64,000 nt of DNA, taken from positions 1 to 64,000 of IMG/VR virus record IMGVR_UViG_3300031555_001441; one strand, given 5' to 3'. A program made the position numbers and the translations under genes. This document shows positions 56,632-64,000 of the stretch, piece after piece. Within the stretch, counting starts at the first letter, position 1; the number at the start of each line of letters is the position of its first letter. The notes beneath the pieces are model-generated. The model worked only from the letters and a program-made list of their open reading frames with translations, had not been told where the DNA came from and made no database searches. Source of the stretch: a virus (taxonomy: Duplodnaviria > Caudoviricetes).

Positions 56632-57810
56632 TTAAAAATGTGATTTCACTAGTCCGTTAACATTGAATATTTTCGCTTTGTTACCTTTGTTGAGTGTCAC
56701 TTGATTTGCAGTTATCTTCAATAACTTTTCAGGAACTGAACGCATACGTCCTTTGGGATGAGTGTATGCAACTTGACGGGCTACACTTTTAACACGGCCT
56801 AAATTCGATACCTGATACAGTCCCTCATACTCAACAACATCTTTCCAAATTTCGTTTGGAAGATTCAAAACAGTGCCGATATCATAATCAGGCTGAGAAC
56901 TTTCTACAAAATGTACACCTGCACATATGGTATGATTACGCACTGATGTAGATACATCTATTGTAGACACTCCGAAATGCGAAGCTGCAGCAGACTGCGA
57001 ATCAAACTCTTCTTGAGTCTCAATACAGCGTACTCTGACTTTTTGCTTTTCATTTGATACTGCGTTCCATCGAATGATATCTTCCTGTGTCCAATTAGTA
57101 CGAGTTCGGAGTCCCAACTGAATTGCATGCGCAACATTCTCTTTTGGTGTAACCCATTCGAGATTTTCAACACGATTGTTCTTCTTATTTCCATCTTTGT
57201 GATTGACTTGTGTTTTATTGTCAGGATTAGGAATGAACGCTTTAGCAACTAAGACATGCACCATCTTCATTTTTCCAAGATGTGTATTCTGACTTTCGCT
57301 ATCATACAAGCCTACTTGCAAATATCCATCTTTAGTTTCATCAAATGCTCGCATTATACCTCTAACGAGTCGATAACTGTTATTTTTAGCAGATACATAA
57401 TGATCTAAAGACCGAACGTCGCCATATCTAGATACTTGATAAATACCTTCATATCCTTCAATGTCCTTCCACGCAGGATCACTATAGTATTCGGACGATA
57501 ACATGAGATTGTCAGCTCTATTGTTATGATAGTCGCCGTCTATATGTGATACACATCTGTCTACTGGAATATTCAAAAAGAGAAGTGCAACTAACGGAGC
57601 AATATAGACGTTTGTATACTTGCCGTCTTTATGTAAAACAACATAATCTAACGAAGTTGATTCTGTATGCACTTTGATATACATTGAAGGTACTTTGGTG
57701 TGAGCCCCAGAAACATTAGTAAAATGTCGTTCACAGCTCTGCACTGTGCCGTAATTACTGATCATGTACAGACCTTCATATCCTGGTATAGATCGCCAAA
57801 TAATATCCAT
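56632..57810 (-). CDS. NUMOD4-HNH homing endonuclease (three NUMOD4, two HNH-like units)
   Basis: [14 protein letters not shown] repeats; [20 protein letters not shown]. Confidence 0.88.
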   Translation of the reverse strand: MDIIWRSIPGYEGLYMISNYGTVQSCERHFTNVSGAHTKVPSMYIKVHTESTSLDYVVLHKDGKYTNVYIAPLVALLFLNIPVDRCVSHIDGDYHNNRADNLMLSSEYYSDPAWKDIEGYEGIYQVSRYGDVRSLDHYVSAKNNSYRLVRGIMRAFDETKDGYLQVGLYDSESQNTHLGKMKMVHVLVAKAFIPNPDNKTQVNHKDGNKKNNRVENLEWVTPKENVAHAIQLGLRTRTNWTQEDIIRWNAVSNEKQKVRVRCIETQEEFDSQSAAASHFGVSTIDVSTSVRNHTICAGVHFVESSQPDYDIGTVLNLPNEIWKDVVEYEGLYQVSNLGRVKSVARQVAYTHPKGRMRSVPEKLLKITANQVTLNKGNKAKIFNVNGLVKSHF

Positions 57811-57819
57811 CTACTCACC

Positions 57820-58779
57820 TCATAGATCGAATAGTTTTCTAGGTCTCTTCACTCGATTTTCATTGTATTTGTATCGAGTAGCCAACAACTTCTGAATGTT
57901 ACGCATTGTTACAACTACTCGAGCTGCTGACGATTCTTGAATCTGTTCAAGTGTAAATCCTAGAGCTTCTATCTCTTCCGTTAGTTTCTTGATGTTGTAT
58001 TCGTCAGCAGTCTCTAGAAAACTCATGTTTGATTTGCTTTTTGACGTTCGGTCTCGTTTAGATACCGAAATCACGCCGAATTGTGAAGACAATATCTTGC
58101 AGTATCCGGAAATAAGTCGATGGCTTATACTGTCCGCCGAATAGCACGGATACTTAGACAATGCATCCAGACTGGTCATACCATATAAGTGTGTCTTGAC
58201 ATCCGGATTAGAAGATTTCGCTATGTGATCAGCAACTTCTCTTAGATATATGTTCTTTTCAGCTTGAGAAACATCATTAGCAGGTGATATTCCACAGTAA
58301 TCCAGTTTCTCATTGTTGGAGCTCCTCCAATTTAACATGTTCTCAAGAGCTGAGAATGATTCCCCAAAATGGAAAACAGGCATCAACTTGTTAGGGGATT
58401 TGACTCGCTCTCTCATGTACAGATAGTTTTCCCACGATTTACGAGCTGACTCTTCGTAGTCTTCCTTACTTTTGGGCTGTCCGAATTTACCTGGGATAGT
58501 ATCCAGCTGAGCAAATATATCAATATCAGCATCAATGCTGTTTACATATTCAATATATTCATCAACAGTTGTATTTGCGTTTCCTGTATGGATACTAAAT
58601 GCTCCCGAATCAATGAAAAGAGATCTGCAGAATCCTTCGTGCTTCCATTGAATAGCTCTAGGAATAGCACTGCGATCTAACTGCGATATCAGTATGTCAA
58701 TCGGCTGAAAATCCGGCATCGCAAGCAGCATATCATGCATCTCTTGTGTTAATGATCCGCTAAAATAATATCTCTCCAT
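57820..58779 (-). CDS. tRNA-guanine transglycosylase-fold protein, DpdA-like
   Basis: LFIDSGAFS, QLDTIPG, PVFHFGE, HLYGMT and SADSIS motifs. Confidence 0.65.
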   Translation of the reverse strand: MERYYFSGSLTQEMHDMLLAMPDFQPIDILISQLDRSAIPRAIQWKHEGFCRSLFIDSGAFSIHTGNANTTVDEYIEYVNSIDADIDIFAQLDTIPGKFGQPKSKEDYEESARKSWENYLYMRERVKSPNKLMPVFHFGESFSALENMLNWRSSNNEKLDYCGISPANDVSQAEKNIYLREVADHIAKSSNPDVKTHLYGMTSLDALSKYPCYSADSISHRLISGYCKILSSQFGVISVSKRDRTSKSKSNMSFLETADEYNIKKLTEEIEALGFTLEQIQESSAARVVVTMRNIQKLLATRYKYNENRVKRPRKLFDL

Positions 58780-59141
58780 TAGTATCTAACTCCTTGACGT
58801 TGATATGTAACATTTGTAGGTATAAGTCGTAATCTGAGATTATCAATACGATTGTTCCATATGTTGCCATCTATGTGATCAACCTGCGGAAAATAATAAA
58901 TACTTATCTCAGGATATCTAAAAGCTTGCATAACTAAATGCGATACGCTCGCATCGAATGAATGTCCTTTACGGTATAAAACAACGCTTACTGATCCTTT
59001 AGTATATTGAGGCTTCTTGATACCTTGAGGATCTTTACATCTGTGTGAACCACATAGACTTCTAACCTGTCCTAAATTTGATATTTCATATCGGTCCTCA
59101 AATCCGGGTATAGGTCTCCATTCAACTGCAACTTCAAACAT
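58779..59141 (-). CDS. NUMOD4-HNH endonuclease
   Basis: WRPIPGFEDRYEISNLGQVRS; VDHIDGNIWNNRIDNL. Confidence 0.85.
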   Translation of the reverse strand: MFEVAVEWRPIPGFEDRYEISNLGQVRSLCGSHRCKDPQGIKKPQYTKGSVSVVLYRKGHSFDASVSHLVMQAFRYPEISIYYFPQVDHIDGNIWNNRIDNLRLRLIPTNVTYQRQGVRY

Positions 59142-59186
59142 AATTGATCTCCTTGATATTTATTGATATGTACATTCTATAACGAT

Positions 59187-59966
59187 TCAAGATTTATATT
59201 TACAATTGAATACAAAATGAGCTAGAACTGCATGCGCTGCAACTCGGCTAGTATCAAGTTCAACTAAACATTGTAACGCATATTTTTTCACTAGTTCATT
59301 TCTAGTTGTTCCATATATGTATCTAATTACAAATATTGTAGGGCTCTCCGTATTGTCGTTGTAGTGCCCGAGTTTCCATGTTAAGTTAGATACATTATCT
59401 TTGAAGTTGATATTTGATAGATCATAGAAATAATCAAGCTGCGGTTGAGTCATCTGAAAAATAGCATCAATATCAGCAAATGATCGACACATTGTCCACA
59501 TGACAGAGTTCTTACGCAAAGCATAAAGTGTAGGATCTTTTTGAGCTCCGTAAGTCTCTAAATCAATCGGAGTAGGTTGACCTATACTTACACAAACACT
59601 TCGACTTAAAATAGTATCAGGAACACCTCGAATATTTCTGCAGGTAACTACAATATATACATTTGATTGAGGTTCTTCTAAAAATTTCAGAAGTGTATAT
59701 GCAGCTGCCGGCACACCAGTATCTAGATTCTCAATGCAGATAAGCATCGGATTTGACAAGTTCGCGACACTATTCATCATAGAACGAACCGCTGAAACAG
59801 TAGGCTCTACAAATGAAATGTCATCAATATTTAGCATTTTAGCATATTCACTTGCAAGATAAGATTTTCCGCAACCTGCCGGACCTTCTATCATAACGCT
59901 GTGACGATCCGAAGTCGCAACCTGACGTAATTCAGATACGGCTTCAGATTGATATATAAACTCCAT
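59187..59966 (-). CDS. DNA polymerase III delta'-like clamp loader subunit
   Basis: GPAGCGKS Walker A; LLKFLEEP; TILSR. Confidence 0.75.
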   Translation of the reverse strand: MEFIYQSEAVSELRQVATSDRHSVMIEGPAGCGKSYLASEYAKMLNIDDISFVEPTVSAVRSMMNSVANLSNPMLICIENLDTGVPAAAYTLLKFLEEPQSNVYIVVTCRNIRGVPDTILSRSVCVSIGQPTPIDLETYGAQKDPTLYALRKNSVMWTMCRSFADIDAIFQMTQPQLDYFYDLSNINFKDNVSNLTWKLGHYNDNTESPTIFVIRYIYGTTRNELVKKYALQCLVELDTSRVAAHAVLAHFVFNCKYKS

Positions 59967-60874
59967 CAAGATTCCTCCCACATCGGTATGTGTTGAAACT
60001 GTGTTAAACTGAACAAGTATATTAAACTATTGTATGGATCACCCACATTAGATCTAAGCTGACATAATTCGTGAAATGTATGCTCAAACATGTTGTAAAC
60101 ATCAGAACGAGTCCATCGGCTAGCGTATTCACGCAGCGGACTCGATGTGTATTTGTTATCTAATAGCTTATCTAATTCAATCAACATTGATAATATTGAA
60201 TAAAATATGTTATCAAGTTGAGGGCTATCCTCTAAGACCTTGATACATCTTTTGAAGCTTCGAGCAGCTACAGCTTGTTTTATCAGAGCATCAGAAGTTT
60301 CAGAAACTACACCAAATAAATGTGTTATATCTCTTTCATCAACTTTGAACAGATCTTGTTTATCTAAATATGTGAGTGATCGGCACATCATATTTGCTTG
60401 ATGATAATTGACTGCGTATTTAACTATATACGATATCAACATATCCGGAAGTTCGCTGTAATCACGTTTTAAGTATTTAGCTATAAAATGAGGAGCTACT
60501 GTATCAATACTCGTTGTTGTGTCTGGTAAGAATTTTTCCAGCTTAGCCGATTGTTTAGCATCGCTGTATATGCAAATCAGCGTACCCACTATCTTTAGTT
60601 TGCGTAACTTCTCAGCCACTATCTCATTTAGACCGGAAACAAACTCATCGTCATATCTTACAACATATACGCAAGGAATCAGCGGAACAAGATGCTTAAC
60701 AGACATCAAACTGATAACTTCAGACACTTTCTGCATCTCTTTGATGTCGCCATAATGTGTTTTTAATGCATCTATATATGCTGCTTTGATTCCATACTCA
60801 GGACCTGTAAGTATGTATAACGAATGCGGCTTACCTGTGAGTATCTCCGTTCCTACTTCTTGTAGTGATTTCAT
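59966..60874 (-). CDS. DNA polymerase III delta-like clamp loader subunit
   Basis: LYILTGPEYG N-terminus typical of HolA; adjacent to the delta'-like gene. Confidence 0.55.
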   Translation of the reverse strand: MKSLQEVGTEILTGKPHSLYILTGPEYGIKAAYIDALKTHYGDIKEMQKVSEVISLMSVKHLVPLIPCVYVVRYDDEFVSGLNEIVAEKLRKLKIVGTLICIYSDAKQSAKLEKFLPDTTTSIDTVAPHFIAKYLKRDYSELPDMLISYIVKYAVNYHQANMMCRSLTYLDKQDLFKVDERDITHLFGVVSETSDALIKQAVAARSFKRCIKVLEDSPQLDNIFYSILSMLIELDKLLDNKYTSSPLREYASRWTRSDVYNMFEHTFHELCQLRSNVGDPYNSLIYLFSLTQFQHIPMWEES

Positions 60875-61377
60875 TGCTGTTCTCCGAATAATTGTGCAAA
60901 ATGTGAAAATCTCAACAAATGACAGTGTTCGCCATGCCAAACAAGATCAATGTAATTGTACTCCCAGTTGTTTGAATCATTGTAATCATGAAGATATCTT
61001 CTGACGCAATTAGCGATGAATGACAAGTTTCTTCTTATCGAAAAATTATGTATATGTGGAATTTCAACAGCTGTTCCCTCGTGATCAAATGCAGGTATCA
61101 AACACCAGGTGTATTCTAGAAGTTGGGAGCCATCATCTACAAACAGTACAGGACGCTTAAATTTAGATGTTGCTTCCTCGCATATCTTCTTCCAATGATC
61201 ATACTGAAATACAACTTGAGGGATGCGCTTAACATGTGTTTTGCATTCGCCTAACCACTCCATGCCCTCCACGTCTCCGGGTAAACAGCTCCGAGCACCG
61301 CTTCCTGACACACGTTTCCAACCTAATGAGCCTGATATCTTGATTTCTTGTACTTCACTAAATGTCTTTGTATTCAT
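60871..61377 (-). CDS. Holliday junction resolvase-like PD-(D/E)xK nuclease
   Basis: QE...SGSGA..PGDV..LGECKT; follows recA. Confidence 0.7.
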   Translation of the reverse strand: MNTKTFSEVQEIKISGSLGWKRVSGSGARSCLPGDVEGMEWLGECKTHVKRIPQVVFQYDHWKKICEEATSKFKRPVLFVDDGSQLLEYTWCLIPAFDHEGTAVEIPHIHNFSIRRNLSFIANCVRRYLHDYNDSNNWEYNYIDLVWHGEHCHLLRFSHFAQLFGEQQ

Positions 61378-62542
61378 CTGACAGATCGTCTCCTTCTGCA
61401 TCTGATGCATCTTTTCCTGAAATATCTGCTAGTATGTAATCTGTAAGTTTCTGATAATAATCAGGATGTGATTGTACATACTCTAATACTTTTGCAAAAC
61501 CATTTATTTTCAGCGGTTTACCTGATTCATCTTCGAGTATCTCTCCGTTTGACGGATCAGTGAGTGTAAACCAAGCACCTGCTTTGCGAATGATGTTATA
61601 CTTGCTTGTAGCAAGCTGCGTCATGTCCATATCAACACGAATTCCGGAATGCGCCATTAAATAATAGGACCCGTTGCGTCTATCATTTGGCGCGCTCTTT
61701 TGTTTTACTATTTTTGCAGTAACTTTATAACCTGCCGGATTCTCTATGTTCGCAGGCAGCTCATTGCCTAAGAAGTCTACCGGAGCGCCTATCTTGAATA
61801 ATATCCTCAACGAAGCATAAAATTTAACAGCTCTACCTCCCGGAGTATTTACCACATAAGGATTGTCCATGTTATCTCGTGTCTGATTAATAAATATCAT
61901 AGTTGTATCGTATCGAGTAAGAAGCGGTACAATCTTTCGACAAAATGTGGTAAGAAGTCCAGCAACAGGTGCTACAGTTCTTTCACCATACTTTTTTTCT
62001 AGCTCACTTTGTGTGACCAGCGAAGGAATGGAATCTAGTACAACTAGTCCAATTTCACCTGTTTCTACTAACTCTTGCAGTGTTTGCAGAAGAGTTTCAG
62101 CGACAACATCAGGCGGCTGCATTATATCAATCGCCTCAGGTTCAATACCAAGCGTGCTCGCCCAAGCGCTATCAAATGAATGCTCAAGATCCAAATAGAG
62201 AACTCGCTTTGGACCACGTTCGATAAGATCATCAAGCTCAATTGCTGCTGCTTTACTTTCGGCTGCCTTCTTCTGCAGAGCTTGAATCTGAACATCGTGT
62301 TCGCGGACAAATAGATCGTGTGCGTTCTTGCAAATATCTACAGCTGTTGTTGACTTACCTCCTGAAGGTTCACCAAAGAACTCTGTAATAGCACGCCGCG
62401 GAATGCCTCCATATGTTGAATAGTTAAGAAGCGGACTAGAAAAGGGAATCTTATCCCCGCGCTTTGTCATTGCAGCATCCATGAGTGATTCACAATTCCA
62501 AGCTTTTTTCCTTGAATTTATTATATCGGTATATCTTGACAT
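61358..62542 (-). CDS. recA: RecA recombinase
   Basis: GGIPR..EFFGEPSGGKST, LDLEH, VVLDSI, FINQTR, TPGGRAVKFYASLR, KAGAWF. Confidence 0.93.
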   Translation of the reverse strand: MSRYTDIINSRKKAWNCESLMDAAMTKRGDKIPFSSPLLNYSTYGGIPRRAITEFFGEPSGGKSTTAVDICKNAHDLFVREHDVQIQALQKKAAESKAAAIELDDLIERGPKRVLYLDLEHSFDSAWASTLGIEPEAIDIMQPPDVVAETLLQTLQELVETGEIGLVVLDSIPSLVTQSELEKKYGERTVAPVAGLLTTFCRKIVPLLTRYDTTMIFINQTRDNMDNPYVVNTPGGRAVKFYASLRILFKIGAPVDFLGNELPANIENPAGYKVTAKIVKQKSAPNDRRNGSYYLMAHSGIRVDMDMTQLATSKYNIIRKAGAWFTLTDPSNGEILEDESGKPLKINGFAKVLEYVQSHPDYYQKLTDYILADISGKDASDAEGDDLSDEYKDI

Positions 62543-62551
62543 ATTTTACTC

Positions 62552-63151
62552 CTATTTAATATATACGTTAGTTGATTTAGATATTTCTTGATAATCAGGT
62601 AACTCGGTGCTGGGAACCACCTCACTTATAGGATTAACTGTTTCAGTAGCACGTCTGCCGTCCCATATTTTCTTAGCTCCCATTATAAGTTCACGACTCA
62701 TTGAGATTTCGTGTTCAATTCGATCAATGATTGTATCGTATGCGGATATAAGAACTTCATGATCTGTCATCTCAGCTGCAACACACTTAAGTATCCAATC
62801 TCGTTTATCAGTAGCTGATAATCTTACATTACCTAAGAGGACTTCACCTTCTGAAAGTTCTACAATACGTTTGTGCCGATGCTCCTTCATACGAAGTTTA
62901 ATAGTTTGTTGTTCTAGCTTAATTGCATTAAGATTCTCAGATACCTCAAATAACTTGAGAGGGAGCGTTGTGAGAATTTCTGTAAGTTCAGAATCTGTTA
63001 TCGGATTGCTATCAGATTGCATCCGTGCTTGCAACTGATAAACAAGTTCAAATGAACTCCTAAATCGAGAGTCATATACATCATTGCAGAATTGTGAAGT
63101 TTCGGAAATATCTTTCTCATAACTATTAAGTGCATCAAACAATGAACCCAT
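62552..63151 (-). CDS. Coiled-coil hypothetical protein next to recA (possible recombination mediator)
   Basis: 199 aa helical; position only. Confidence 0.5.
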   Translation of the reverse strand: MGSLFDALNSYEKDISETSQFCNDVYDSRFRSSFELVYQLQARMQSDSNPITDSELTEILTTLPLKLFEVSENLNAIKLEQQTIKLRMKEHRHKRIVELSEGEVLLGNVRLSATDKRDWILKCVAAEMTDHEVLISAYDTIIDRIEHEISMSRELIMGAKKIWDGRRATETVNPISEVVPSTELPDYQEISKSTNVYIK

Positions 63152-63152
63152 C

Positions 63153-64000
63153 TTAGTTACCTTCCTTCTTTATAGGTTGCTGACACAAATATGTAAGTGC
63201 TAACTCTTGCTGATATTGACTTACTTTTAACTCTGCGTTCATCTTAACAAGAATGTTTGCCAATCGCAAACAAATTGCAAGATGTGGTTCACTGTACTTG
63301 CTTATTTTATCAGCATAGTGAGCAGGTATCATTGTAGATTCAATGTCTTTCAACAAGATGTATTTAACAACATTCATGATGAACGAATGAAAACTTTCAA
63401 ACCATTTGACAAAGTTAACTCCTGAATTATAAACAACATTCAATATGCTTGCAACAGACTTGTTATCTCGCTTCGCATATGCAGTTAATAGTGCAAAACA
63501 ATCATCGTAATTAGGAAGATTGAGAGCAGCGGTTACATTCTCAGAAGTTAATTCATTGCTATAAGCGAGTGCCTTATCTAACAATGTGAGTGCATCTCGC
63601 ATACCGCCTGAAGCGAGTTTTGCAATTAAACTGATTGCATCTGGAACATACTCTATATTACGACCCTCAGCATTTTCACACTTGATAACGTGCAGAAGCC
63701 TGTTGTAAATACCCTCAGTACTTATTTTAGATAATTGAAATACCTGGACTCTGGATATGATGGTTGCAGGTATTTTCTCTGGGTTTGTAGTGGCAAACAT
63801 GAATACGCTCTTAGCCGGAGGGGCTTCGATAGTTGTAAGCATACTTTGCCAGGAAGCCGAACTGAACGCATGACAATTATGAACTAGCAGCTCATTTGCA
63901 AAATACGACGGATGTCCTGATATCTCCAGGTCATACATTGTTACATACTTTGAATGTAATTCTGAATCTTTGAAACAACTTCGGAACAATTCTTCATTAT
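63153..64000 (-). CDS. dnaX: DNA polymerase III gamma/tau-like clamp loader subunit, 5' truncated by the window, intein-containing
   Basis: CHAFS..MLTTIEAPP, FMFATTNPEKIPATIISR, GGMRDALTLLD; frame open to the window edge. Confidence 0.85.
   Translation of the reverse strand, partial: NEELFRSCFKDSELHSKYVTMYDLEISGHPSYFANELLVHNCHAFSSASWQSMLTTIEAPPAKSVFMFATTNPEKIPATIISRVQVFQLSKISTEGIYNRLLHVIKCENAEGRNIEYVPDAISLIAKLASGGMRDALTLLDKALAYSNELTSENVTAALNLPNYDDCFALLTAYAKRDNKSVASILNVVYNSGVNFVKWFESFHSFIMNVVKYILLKDIESTMIPAHYADKISKYSEPHLAICLRLANILVKMNAELKVSQYQQELALTYLCQQPIKKEGN
63876..64000 (-). mobile_element. C-terminal end of an intein in dnaX
   Basis: MYDLEISGHPSYFANELLVHN followed by Cys+1. Confidence 0.88.

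Noticed and set aside
1-64000. tRNA/rRNA genes, integrase, transposases
   Set aside because: None recognised and intergenic gaps are mostly too short; a tRNAscan/Infernal run would be needed to exclude small RNAs.

Overview
This window is part of a large, lytic-looking myovirus genome (T4-like head and contractile tail), probably infecting a Firmicutes/Bacillota-type host. Essentially every real gene lies on the minus strand in standard code 11. In transcription order (64 kb to 1): a replication/recombination block (intein-bearing DnaX-like, delta-like and delta'-like clamp-loader subunits, RecA, Holliday resolvase); a putative DNA-modification block (TGT/DpdA-like protein and DUF5664-type nucleotide pyrophosphatase, with two NUMOD4-HNH genes); terminase with a mini-intein; a catalytically degenerate LigA-like gene; portal and neck genes; a complete diversity-generating retroelement (target, hairpin, Avd, TR, RT, extra ORF); the tail sheath; a cluster of accessory proteins sharing a short basic N-terminal leader; small hypothetical genes; tail chaperone and tape measure; baseplate and lysis genes; prohead protease and major capsid protein. 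Main observations: (1) a DGR with 18/18 adenine-specific TR-to-VR changes whose RT appears to start at ATT; (2) a recurrent [IV]-x-[AS]-[ASG] motif in the capsid propeptide, the protease tail and the leaders of about eight accessory proteins, suggesting a capsid-targeting/cleavage system whose cargo includes two disrupted BspA-like LRR proteins; (3) two phage-specific promoter-like motifs (AATCGTTATA x6; ACCTTnnAT x10-11); (4) a candidate +1 frameshift (TTC TTT CGT C) in the tail chaperone; (5) a LigA homologue lacking KxDG between terminase and portal. Family assignments come from motif recognition and synteny only; no database search was run.
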